From Oceanispirochaeta sp. (lineage in GTDB: Bacteria; Spirochaetota; Spirochaetia; DSM-2461), in NCBI GenBank assembly GCA_963666275.2, contig CAXXOA010000002.1, positions 1,632,001 through 1,696,000 on the forward strand: a stretch of DNA of 64,000 nucleotides, written 5' to 3'. Made by a program: the position numbers and the translations under genes. Every line of letters begins with the position of its first letter. Positions within the stretch are counted from its first letter, which is position 1. Below are positions 39,251 through 48,285 of this stretch, in pieces. Below the pieces are notes generated by a model, which ran no database searches, was not told where the DNA came from, and was given only the letters and a program-made list of their open reading frames with translations.

Positions 39251-40263
39251 GGTCTGTCATCCTTTCTGCCGTACTCTCTCATCAGGTGAATCCTCCGTCC
39301 CTTCTGCCTGTTGAACTGAAAACTGGAGTAGGATTCATAGAGCACCACCATGGCCAGAATCAGGCCGTTGATAAAAATCTGAACCTCGAATCCCAGGCCG
39401 AAGCAGCCCAGTCCATTGTTCAGCACCATAAGGAAAAGCACTCCCAGATAGCTTTTCAGGATGGATCCTCTGCCCCCGGTCATCAGACTCCCTCCTATAA
39501 TGACCGCGGAGATTACCTGCATAAGGGTTTTACTCCCCAGGATGGCATAGGAGGTCATGGAGGATATACTCATGGAGAACACCGCTCCGCCCAGGGCCGC
39601 CAGGGTGCTGCAAAGAACAAAGCCCCCGATGATATACCTGTCCCGGGGCAGTCCCGCCAGCCAGGCGGTTTCGGGGTTTCCGCCGATCATGAAAAAAGCC
39701 CGTCCCCATCTGGTCTGGGTCATAAAGAAACTGAAGAACAGCACCAGGAGGATCGTGAGAATCGAGAGGGGAGTCAGGATCTGAATCACAGGGCTTTCCA
39801 GCCAGTCGGCCAGGCTGAAATCGTCCACATAGAGGGATCCCCCTCCGCTGTAGAGATACATCAGTCCCAGAGTAATCACCTGGGTTCCCAGGGTGACTAT
39901 AAAGGAATTCAGCCCCGCTTTGACAACAAACAGGCCGTTGATCAGACCGATCACCGCACCCGCCAGCAGGGCTGCGGTCAGACTTCCCGCCCATCCCAGT
40001 GCGGGCTGCAGCCCTATGCAGAGCATGCCCGAAAGCATCAGAACTGATCCGATGGAAAGGTCCAGCTGTCCGAGAATCAGGATGATCGTAAGTCCGATGG
40101 CGGCAATCCCCGACAGGCTGGCTCCTTTGATAATGGAGCGGAAGTTGTAAACCGTCAGAAAATTGGGGGCGCTGAGAGAAAACACAATGGTCAGGAGGAT
40201 CAGCAGGATCAGAGCCTTCTGGTCCGCCAGGATTTTAACGGCCTTTTCCCGGGTATCAGACAT
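39247..40263 (-). CDS. Sugar ABC transporter permease
   Basis: DLSIGS, SFIVTLG, GGNPE.A.LAG, VIIGG...GG.GS. Confidence 0.92.
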   Translation of the reverse strand: MSDTREKAVKILADQKALILLILLTIVFSLSAPNFLTVYNFRSIIKGASLSGIAAIGLTIILILGQLDLSIGSVLMLSGMLCIGLQPALGWAGSLTAALLAGAVIGLINGLFVVKAGLNSFIVTLGTQVITLGLMYLYSGGGSLYVDDFSLADWLESPVIQILTPLSILTILLVLFFSFFMTQTRWGRAFFMIGGNPETAWLAGLPRDRYIIGGFVLCSTLAALGGAVFSMSISSMTSYAILGSKTLMQVISAVIIGGSLMTGGRGSILKSYLGVLFLMVLNNGLGCFGLGFEVQIFINGLILAMVVLYESYSSFQFNRQKGRRIHLMREYGRKDDRP

Positions 40264-41242
40264 GGAGGGTCTCCCGGAGTTTCCTGTTCCTCTGATGGAT
40301 CGTTATCACTGCGATAAAGATCATTCCTGTGATGATATTCTGCTGAAAATAATTCAGCCCTAGAAGGGTGAGGATATTGCTGATCAGACCGATCACCAGT
40401 ACACCTCCCAGGACTCCCCGGACAGATCCGGTGCCTCCGGTCTGCATCATTCCTCCCAGTACCACTGCGGTGACGGCTTTAAAGTCGTATCCCTGCCCCA
40501 GGTAAAAGACGCCCATCTTGTTCATGCTCGTGATGAAAATACCGGCGATGGCACTGAAAAAAGAGGTGAAGAGGAAGGCATAGAGGGTATAGCGGGCCGT
40601 GTCTATGCCTGTAAAATCCGCCACATTCCTGGAGGAGCCCAGAAGGCGGAATTTTTTTCCCATCCCTGTTCTTGTCAGGATCAGATGGGTCAGGATGAAC
40701 AGAAGGATCATTATCAGAACAGAAAGAGGAATCCCTCCCGGGCTGATCCGGAAGATCCCCACAAATTTCTCCGCATCCTCCGTTCCCATGCCTTTCAGTT
40801 CCAGGATCTGGTCCGGATAGAGCTGGGAACTGCTCCAGACAAAGCGCATCAGCCCTTCCATAAAGTAGACCACCGCCAGGGTCCAGAGGATGGGATTGGC
40901 TTTCAGGCGTCCGATCACAAGGCCGTTCATGGCTCCCACAGCCATTCCCGCCAGTATCCCGAGGATCACGGCGGGAACAATCCCCAGAGGGAGGGAGGCA
41001 ACCGTAATGATGCCTGAAAAGGCCATATAGGTGGGAACAGACAGATCGCACATGTATCCCGTATAGACCACAAAGGCCATCCCTATGGAGGCGATTCCCA
41101 GAAGGGACACTCCCCTCAGGATATTCATGAGATTTCCCGGGGAGAGAAAGTGGGGGGAGAGGATCATTCCCAGAAGGAACAGGAGAAGGGCGGTCATGTA
41201 GATTCCCGCTTTTTCTATGAGAGAAGCCAGAGGTCTGTTCAT
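40256..41242 (-). CDS. Sugar ABC transporter permease
   Basis: DLSVP, GQGYDF.AVTAVVLGG. Paralog of 32939-34027. Start reassigned to ATG 41242. Confidence 0.92.
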   Translation of the reverse strand: MNRPLASLIEKAGIYMTALLLFLLGMILSPHFLSPGNLMNILRGVSLLGIASIGMAFVVYTGYMCDLSVPTYMAFSGIITVASLPLGIVPAVILGILAGMAVGAMNGLVIGRLKANPILWTLAVVYFMEGLMRFVWSSSQLYPDQILELKGMGTEDAEKFVGIFRISPGGIPLSVLIMILLFILTHLILTRTGMGKKFRLLGSSRNVADFTGIDTARYTLYAFLFTSFFSAIAGIFITSMNKMGVFYLGQGYDFKAVTAVVLGGMMQTGGTGSVRGVLGGVLVIGLISNILTLLGLNYFQQNIITGMIFIAVITIHQRNRKLRETLHV

Positions 41243-41249
41243 TCGGATT

Positions 41250-42740
41250 TCAGTACACTCCTTCTCCGTTGGCTGCCAGAAGAACCGCTTCTTCCGTGAG
41301 CTGGTAATCGCAGAGCTCCTCAATGATCGCACCGTTCCTCATCACAAGGATCCTGTCGGACAGGGCGACCAGTTCGGTCAGGTCGCTGCTGATAAGTATA
41401 ATGGTCCTGCCCTTCCTGGCAAGCTCTGCAATGGTTTCATGGATCCCCGCCCGGGCTCCCACATCCACCCCTTTGGTGGGTTCGTCCAGCAGGAAAATAT
41501 CCGGATCCGCCGCCAGCCATTTGGCCAGGAATACTTTCTGCTGGTTGCCTCCCGAAAGGGTCCTGACTTCCGCATCCTCCCGGGGAGGGGAGATCTTCAG
41601 TTTGTTCATCAGGGACTGAAGCCGGTCCCTGTAGCTGTTCCTGTTGTATATCCCGGCACGGCAGCTTTTATCAATCACTGTGGAAAGGATATTGTTCCGG
41701 ACCTTGAGACTGGCAAAGAGGCCGTCGGTTTTTCTGTCTTCCGACAGATAGATCATCCCGCTGCGGATGCTTTTCCTGTAGGATCCCCGGGGAACACTCT
41801 TTCCGTTCACAAGGATCTCACCTCTGTCCGAGGGATCCAGTCCGCAGAGGCTCCTTCCCAGTTCGGAGCGTCCCGCTCCGGATAGTCCCGCAATCCCCAG
41901 TATCTCCCCCCGGGCCGCCTCCAGGGATATATCGTGAAAAAAGCCGTTCCGGCTGAACCCGGTGACCTGCAGGGATTTCTCCTCCTGCTTCACCGATGCC
42001 TGCCTGTTGTACTCCTCGGGATCTCTGCCAATCATGACCGCCGCAAGAGTGGAGGATGTCATTTCATGAAGAGGCGCTGTGAGCACCTTTTTTCCGTCCC
42101 GGAGTATGCTGACCCTGTCGGCAATCCGGAAAATCTCAGGCAGCCTGTGGGATATATAGACAATCGAAAGCCCCTGCTGTTTCAGGGTTTCTATGGTCGA
42201 AAAGAGCGTCCGTATCTCCTCCCGGGACAGGGAGGATGTGGGTTCGTCCATCACAAGGATGGATATATCGTTTCCCAGAACCCGGGCAATTTCCACAAGC
42301 TGGGCTTCATGCCGGGAGATCCTGCTCACAGGAAGGAGGGGATCCAGTTCCAGCCCCAGCTGGGCCAGAATCTTCCGGGCTTCCCGGACCATCTCTTTTT
42401 TATCCACCCTGAAACCGCCCTTCAGAGGGAGCCGGTTGATCAGGATATTTTCAGCAATGCTAAGAGGTTCGGCCAGACTCAGTTCCTGATAGATCATACC
42501 GATCCCGCAGCGGATGGCTTTTGCCGGAGAGTCCAGACGGACAGGTTTATCCTGAATGAAGATTTCTCCCGTGTAGTCTTCATAGGATCCTGCCAGGATT
42601 TTCATAAGGGTGGATTTCCCGGCACCGTTCTCACCCACCAGAGCGTGAACTTCTCCGGGGCACAGATCAAAGTCTACCCTGTCGACGGCAAGTGTGCCCG
42701 GAAAGGCTTTACTGATTGACTGCATTTTCAGTGTGTTCAA
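41250..42740 (-). CDS. Sugar ABC transporter ATP-binding protein
   Basis: GENGAGKST, LSGGNQQK, DEPTKGVDVGA. TTG start behind AGGAGGAG. Confidence 0.95.
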   Translation of the reverse strand: MNTLKMQSISKAFPGTLAVDRVDFDLCPGEVHALVGENGAGKSTLMKILAGSYEDYTGEIFIQDKPVRLDSPAKAIRCGIGMIYQELSLAEPLSIAENILINRLPLKGGFRVDKKEMVREARKILAQLGLELDPLLPVSRISRHEAQLVEIARVLGNDISILVMDEPTSSLSREEIRTLFSTIETLKQQGLSIVYISHRLPEIFRIADRVSILRDGKKVLTAPLHEMTSSTLAAVMIGRDPEEYNRQASVKQEEKSLQVTGFSRNGFFHDISLEAARGEILGIAGLSGAGRSELGRSLCGLDPSDRGEILVNGKSVPRGSYRKSIRSGMIYLSEDRKTDGLFASLKVRNNILSTVIDKSCRAGIYNRNSYRDRLQSLMNKLKISPPREDAEVRTLSGGNQQKVFLAKWLAADPDIFLLDEPTKGVDVGARAGIHETIAELARKGRTIILISSDLTELVALSDRILVMRNGAIIEELCDYQLTEEAVLLAANGEGVY

Positions 42741-42791
42741 TTTCCGGACTCCTCCTTTGATGACTTTTCCCTCCGGGGATGATATACGAAA

Positions 42792-42858
42792 ATTCTAACA
42801 TTGTCCCCGGTGAGTCTGCCATTGTAGAAATTCCGGATTTCTATGGAAAATTTAAGAT
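42792..42858 (-). promoter_or_regulatory. Promoter of the second ABC operon with tandem 17-bp sites
   Basis: Minus strand ATCTTAAATTTTCCATA and ATCCGGAATTTCTACAA abut the -35 position; extended -10 TGnTAGAAT. Confidence 0.6.
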
Positions 42859-42861
42859 TTA

Positions 42862-44586
42862 TCAAGACTCCCTGTCCTCCCTGTATTCGGAAGGGTTCTT
42901 TCCCGTCTGTTTTTTAAATATCTTGTAAAAGTAGCTGGCATCTGTGTACCCCACTTCCCGTGCCACTTCGTACTCCTTGAGATTCCTGTTTTCCAGGAGC
43001 CTTTTGGCCTGTTCTATCCTAATCTCATTGAGATAGACCGAAAAACTCTTTCCCGTGGCTTTTTTAAAGAGCTGCCCCAGATAGGCCGCGGTCAGATCAA
43101 ACTGATAGGAAAGTGTTTTTAACGAGAGGGCATTGTTGAAATGGGTGTCCACGTAATCGACAATCTGTTTGATCGGCGTCCTGGCGGGAAGATCCGTATT
43201 CAGAGCGGAACAGTATTCCAGGGAGATCGATTCCAGCCAGTCCAGGGTCTTTTCAAAGGATTTCTGGTGGAACAGGTAGTTGGAGAGCATGGAGGGATCG
43301 GCCGAGCCCAGGATCATCTCCCGGTTCAAACCTTTCTCGGATATGGTACTGATCAGCCTGGATACAATCTCGATGGAAACGCCCCGGCAGAACTCTTCGG
43401 TCACTAGGCTGCAGGAGTGAATCTCCGCATAGAGATCCTGAAAAAACTGATCGATCCCGCTGCTGTCTCCTCCCTTCAGGGCTTTCATGTACCCCGCATA
43501 CTCAATGTAGGGAAACTCATTTCTCTTGTTTAAAAAAGAGTCCACATCTTCACTGGTGATCACATGGACAGGCATGTACCTAACCGGGGGAATCTCAAAA
43601 CCGTTGAACCAGTCCACGGCTGTTTCCATGGAAATGGTCCCGTCGATGATTCCCGACTGGTATGTGGTGGCCTTGAGCTGACCTCTTTTGATAAACTCCA
43701 GGGCCTGGGGCGAACTGGAATGGGAAACGCAGATAATATCACTTCTGTTCAGTTCCGCTACGGCTCTGTTGACACCTCTCTGAACAACCAGGCTGTCCGA
43801 GGAGACAATCCCTTTGACCCTGCCGCCGAAGGTTTTCAGCCACTCCAGGGTCTGTCTGTAGGTCCTCTCTTCATTCATTCCCGTCGAGGCGTGGGCCAGG
43901 CACTCCATCTCGGGGGCGATCTTTTTCAGTTCCGTGATGATCCCCCAGGTCCGGGCCAGATTGCAGGAGGAACCGTCATGATGCTGGATCAGGACATAGG
44001 CTCCCGAGTAGTCCATAAACTCGGCGAACTTCCCCGCCAGAGTCCGGGACATCCCCCAGTCGTTGGGCCCGGTCCAGCTGAGAATGTAGGGGAGATCCTC
44101 TTCAGCGGGGACCATATTGCTGGCAATCACGGGAATTCCCGCTTCGTAAATTTTCCTGTAGACACCCCGTGAGTAGTAGAGCCTGGGATTCATATGGATG
44201 ATCAGGTCGGGATCTTTTTTGATGGCCAGGTCCGTAAAGTGCTCCTGAGAGTCCGTATCCCAGTCCGTATCGTAGACCTCCAGCTGAATATCGTGCAGGT
44301 CCGCCACCTTCTGCAGCCCTTGGCGGAAGGCCAGCTGATAGGGGTGGTTCATAGGCATGTTGCATATGATTTTCTTCCCTTCGGGACCATCGGCCGGGCT
44401 GTCGGGGAACTCTTTTTTGGGGACCCTTATAGGGGCAAATTCAAAATCATACCAGCGGCGGCTGTCATCATCGGGAAAAGACGGGGGGTCTTTCGGCCTC
44501 TGGGGAGGAGAAAAGTTCTGATAGTTCTTTATAAGAATAAGGGGAGATTGTTTTTCCAGGGACTTCCTCCGGTTCCGGGATCGCAT
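42862..44586 (-). CDS. Sugar-binding-domain / AraC fusion transcriptional regulator (paralog of 28168-29868)
   Basis: WYD.E, SPADG..GK, HPY, YILSWTGP.DW, TYQ; C-terminal LSLK.L...F.L...YLGQLFKK.TG AraC domain. Confidence 0.88.
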   Translation of the reverse strand: MRSRNRRKSLEKQSPLILIKNYQNFSPPQRPKDPPSFPDDDSRRWYDFEFAPIRVPKKEFPDSPADGPEGKKIICNMPMNHPYQLAFRQGLQKVADLHDIQLEVYDTDWDTDSQEHFTDLAIKKDPDLIIHMNPRLYYSRGVYRKIYEAGIPVIASNMVPAEEDLPYILSWTGPNDWGMSRTLAGKFAEFMDYSGAYVLIQHHDGSSCNLARTWGIITELKKIAPEMECLAHASTGMNEERTYRQTLEWLKTFGGRVKGIVSSDSLVVQRGVNRAVAELNRSDIICVSHSSSPQALEFIKRGQLKATTYQSGIIDGTISMETAVDWFNGFEIPPVRYMPVHVITSEDVDSFLNKRNEFPYIEYAGYMKALKGGDSSGIDQFFQDLYAEIHSCSLVTEEFCRGVSIEIVSRLISTISEKGLNREMILGSADPSMLSNYLFHQKSFEKTLDWLESISLEYCSALNTDLPARTPIKQIVDYVDTHFNNALSLKTLSYQFDLTAAYLGQLFKKATGKSFSVYLNEIRIEQAKRLLENRNLKEYEVAREVGYTDASYFYKIFKKQTGKNPSEYREDRES

Positions 44587-44699
44587 CTATCCTACCATGG
44601 GACAGGGAATAAGCAAACTTTTTTTCTGTCCAGACTCTGCCGGGGAGACCGGTGGATGTTTTCTTGACCACCTCCATTCATGTGAACTAGAATTATCCC

Positions 44700-46403
44700 A
44701 TGAAATACTCCCGACTGATCGGTAAAACCATACGGCACCATGGCGGCTCTTCAATGCTTGAGGGAAACTCCCTTCTTCTTCAGGGAGGTTTTATGCGTAT
44801 CCTGGGCAAAGGCCTGGTTTCGTTTCTCCCTCTGGGTATGAAAGTTATTAATAATTTAAAGGTCCTCATTGCCCGGGAGATGGAGAGTCTGGACGGGGAG
44901 GAGTTCCAGGTTCCCCTTGTGAATCCTCTTTCGCTGTGGCAGAAAAGCGGACGTCATGAGCAGAGGGACAACCCTCTCATCGTGTTTAAAGACGCCGAAG
45001 GCCGCAAGCTTGTGCTGGCACCCACCCATGAGGAAGCGGCGGTGGAAATGGCCAGGTCCGTGGTCAATTCCTATAAGGATTTCCCTCTGTTCCTCTATCA
45101 GTTTCAGACCAAATTCAGGGATGAGACCAAAACCCGGGCCGAACTTATCCGGGCCAAAGAGTTTGTCATGAAGGATGCCTACTCTTTTCACCGCTCCTAT
45201 TCGGAGCTGAACAATTTTTTTCCCCGGGTATTCAATTCCTATCTGAAAATATTCAGTCTCTGCTATATCCCCGTGGTATCCGCCGAATCCGGTGTGGGTA
45301 TGATGGGGGGATCAAAAGCCTATGAGTTCCTCTATCCCCACTCCCTGGGGAAGGACTATGTGATCAGCTGCCCCCGCTGCGGCTACAGAGCCAACCGTTC
45401 GGTAGCGGTGGGGGTCAAGAAATCCCAGCATGAGATGCTCAAGGGGCTGGTACAGATTCCCATGGAGGAGACGGTTCTGAACAAACAGGCCGCGGTTCTG
45501 GGAGTTCCTCTCTCACGGATGGTAAAGCCGAGAGTCTATATCACCGACAAAGGCCCCCTTATGGCTGTGGTCAGAGGGGATTACGACATCAGTGCCGACA
45601 AACTGACAGCCCTGACCGGGGCAAGGGTCAAGAAACTGGCGGGAGAAAAGGTTCTCAAAAGATTCAACCTCCATCCCGGCTATATTTCTCCCGTCCATGC
45701 CCCCGATGGGGTCCGGGTTATTGTGGATGATCTGGTGGTGAATACTCCCAACCTCTCCATGGGGGACAACCAGGTGGGGTCTTTCTACAGGAATGCCAAT
45801 TTCGGCCGGGATTTTGATATCCCCGAAACGGCGGATATCGCCCAGCTGAATGAGGGGGACGTCTGTATGGGATGCGGAGCCCCGCTGGAGTCTTTCAGTG
45901 CCATAGAACTGGGCAATATTTTCAAACTGGATGACTTCTATACAAGAAAAATGAATTTTTCCTATACCGACAGCAAGGGACGGAAACTCTATCCTTTTAT
46001 GGGATCCTACGGGATGGGCCTGGGCCGTCTCCTGAGCTGCCTGGCAGAGGCAAACCGGGATGAGCACGGTCTGAAATGGCCCTATGAGCTGGCACCCTAC
46101 AAGTACTTTCTCATGGGAATCGGTAAATCCTCCCGGATCACCCGGGAGGTGGATGAGATCGCCCGGGAGCTGGGGGAGAGCAATGTGCTCATTGATGACA
46201 GGCGGGAGTCTATCAGTGTCAAACTGAGGGATGCGGATCTTTTGGGCATCCCCCTGCGGATTGTCGTGTCCCGCCGATTCATAGAAAAGGGCGAGATCGA
46301 TCTGAAAGACCGGTATACAGGAAAGAAGTGGAATGTCAAAAGGGAAAACCTGGAAGAGGAGATCAAAACATGGAGGGCCCAATGGCTGAGCCATTTAAAA
46401 TGA
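44700..46403 (+). CDS. proS: Bacterial-type prolyl-tRNA synthetase-like protein (divergent)
   Basis: W.KSGR, APTHEE, QTKFRDE..EF.MKDAYSFH, IELGNIFKL, MGSYG.G..R, DDR..DADL.GIP anticodon domain. Confidence 0.85.
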   Translation: MKYSRLIGKTIRHHGGSSMLEGNSLLLQGGFMRILGKGLVSFLPLGMKVINNLKVLIAREMESLDGEEFQVPLVNPLSLWQKSGRHEQRDNPLIVFKDAEGRKLVLAPTHEEAAVEMARSVVNSYKDFPLFLYQFQTKFRDETKTRAELIRAKEFVMKDAYSFHRSYSELNNFFPRVFNSYLKIFSLCYIPVVSAESGVGMMGGSKAYEFLYPHSLGKDYVISCPRCGYRANRSVAVGVKKSQHEMLKGLVQIPMEETVLNKQAAVLGVPLSRMVKPRVYITDKGPLMAVVRGDYDISADKLTALTGARVKKLAGEKVLKRFNLHPGYISPVHAPDGVRVIVDDLVVNTPNLSMGDNQVGSFYRNANFGRDFDIPETADIAQLNEGDVCMGCGAPLESFSAIELGNIFKLDDFYTRKMNFSYTDSKGRKLYPFMGSYGMGLGRLLSCLAEANRDEHGLKWPYELAPYKYFLMGIGKSSRITREVDEIARELGESNVLIDDRRESISVKLRDADLLGIPLRIVVSRRFIEKGEIDLKDRYTGKKWNVKRENLEEEIKTWRAQWLSHLK

Positions 46404-47302
46404 CTCCGGAACTGATGGATCAGGTCATATTCGGAATGGAGAATCAGAAGGAAAGCATGGTTCTGGATTCAGAAACAGGACTTGTTATTCCCGTCTCCTC
46501 ACTTACCAGGGAGGAACTTGAAGGGGACCGTTACTATCAGCTCCCCTCCTGGGAGCCTGCAGACGGATTTCAGCTGATGGAGGGATTTGCGGGAGCCCTG
46601 CAAAATCCTATCTACAGGGAACGGCTCAGACAGATCCTCAATGCGGGGCGCGGAGTTTTCCGGGGGTTCAAGAATGTGCTGAAAGAGCGTCCGGACCTGG
46701 AGAAAAAATGGTTCCTTTACAAGGAACGCTATATGAAGCAGCGTGTCAAAGAGTGGTACAGTGATCTCTGGGGCTACTGGGATGCCCTCGCTGCGGGAGA
46801 AGAGCCCGTTGAGGTGGAGGACCTTTTTCAGGAGGAGTTCACCCTTGTGAGAGCAGAGAGCAGCGACGACAGAATAGGCGAATACAGAGAGGCCTGTTTT
46901 CTGGAACTCTACAAAGATTATCCGGAAAATCTCCAGGCCCTTCTGATCCGGCAGATGAACTGGAGGAACCGGATGCCCGATTTTATACTCCTTTCACTGA
47001 CCCCCTCCGAGAGGATCAGCGGCATTCTGACTGCCTTTTCCGAAGAGTCGGGGGGAGAGGTTTTTCTGCAGCTGGACTGTCTCTATGTTCTTCCCGATTA
47101 CAGAGGGGCCGGTATTGCATCGGGACTCATCGACAGAGCGTCCCGGGACGCATCCCTTGAGGGTGTGAGCCGTTTTCTTATACCTCTTCCGCCGGAAGGG
47201 GCTGTTCTGAATGAAAATCTTAAAAGGAAGGGATTTTGTCCTGTCAGTACCACCCTCATACAGGATGTACAAAAGTGGTACTATGAATCAGAAGGGTACT
47301 GA
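46382..47302 (+). CDS. UPF0158 domain / GNAT acetyltransferase fusion
   Basis: LP.W...DGF.LME.F, GRGVFR.FK.VL UPF0158-like N-terminus; LYVLPDYRGAGIA GNAT motif A. GGAGG RBS before ATG 46382. Confidence 0.75.
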   Translation: MAEPFKMTPELMDQVIFGMENQKESMVLDSETGLVIPVSSLTREELEGDRYYQLPSWEPADGFQLMEGFAGALQNPIYRERLRQILNAGRGVFRGFKNVLKERPDLEKKWFLYKERYMKQRVKEWYSDLWGYWDALAAGEEPVEVEDLFQEEFTLVRAESSDDRIGEYREACFLELYKDYPENLQALLIRQMNWRNRMPDFILLSLTPSERISGILTAFSEESGGEVFLQLDCLYVLPDYRGAGIASGLIDRASRDASLEGVSRFLIPLPPEGAVLNENLKRKGFCPVSTTLIQDVQKWYYESEGY

Positions 47303-47308
47303 ATAGGA

Positions 47309-48211
47309 TCAGAGCCTTTTTTCTCTCTCTTCTTCGGACAGGTTGTGAAGTTTTTCGAGTTCTGCCATGACCTGATCCACAACAAACTGTTTGGGATCCT
47401 GCCCTTCGGGGGTCATGGCCGTTCTTTCCTGACGGAAATCTTTTCCTTTGATGGGCTGGGAAACAGTAAAGAGAATCACATCCTCGTTGAGAGTGTCCTT
47501 CTCCATATCATTTTCCTGACAGGGAATCAGCAGATTTCCGTTGATACTGACAAACTCTACATGATCAAAAGCTTTCAGATAGGTATAGATCTCTCTTACC
47601 CCTTTTTTGGATTCCGGATCCCAGGGCCTGTATCGGGTTCCCGCAGGGAAAACCACAATGATATTGCCTTCATGTTTTCTTTTTGTCAGTTCCTTCATGG
47701 CCGCATGGTTGATGGGGTTGCTGACTTTTTTTATCTCCGCAATCTTTTCCGGATCCTGAGCCAGATCGATAGAACGGCTGGGATAGATGACTATCGTATT
47801 ATAGGAGTTGGAAAAAGCAGCGGTGAGGGCACTGGACTCGGAGAGCTTCATGCCCTGTATCGGTAAAAGACAGTTGGCCACTTCCGGGCCAAGCTGAGGA
47901 TCTTTTTCTATCAGTCTGAAAAAGGCGGGGTAGTCAAAGTTGCTGTAGTGTTCAATAAGAAGCAGACAGGATTCCCCGGCTTTTACATATTCGTACAGTT
48001 TTTTAAGGTTTTCAGCCCCGAGGATGCCGCTGCCCTTTTTCATGAGTTGTTCTACAAGGGTTCCGATAATTTCCCGGTTGGCCGCTTCCCCTTCCAGGTA
48101 CACATGATCCGGACGGGCTTTGTAATCTCCGGTAAGATTTTTCTGAAGTTTCCCTACCAGGGATGAAAATTTGTCTATTGATTTATCCATAACAGCTAAT
48201 AATGCCTCCAA
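47309..48211 (-). CDS. Glycerol-3-phosphate/lysophospholipid acyltransferase family
   Basis: EHYSNFD (HxxxxD) and VFPAGTR motifs. Confidence 0.82.
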   Translation of the reverse strand: MEALLAVMDKSIDKFSSLVGKLQKNLTGDYKARPDHVYLEGEAANREIIGTLVEQLMKKGSGILGAENLKKLYEYVKAGESCLLLIEHYSNFDYPAFFRLIEKDPQLGPEVANCLLPIQGMKLSESSALTAAFSNSYNTIVIYPSRSIDLAQDPEKIAEIKKVSNPINHAAMKELTKRKHEGNIIVVFPAGTRYRPWDPESKKGVREIYTYLKAFDHVEFVSINGNLLIPCQENDMEKDTLNEDVILFTVSQPIKGKDFRQERTAMTPEGQDPKQFVVDQVMAELEKLHNLSEEEREKRL

Positions 48212-48285
48212 AGATATGATTTTGGCAAGACTTGGATTGTATAATTTAGTATGGTATATCCTTACGTAGGAGTGGTGTTTATTTT

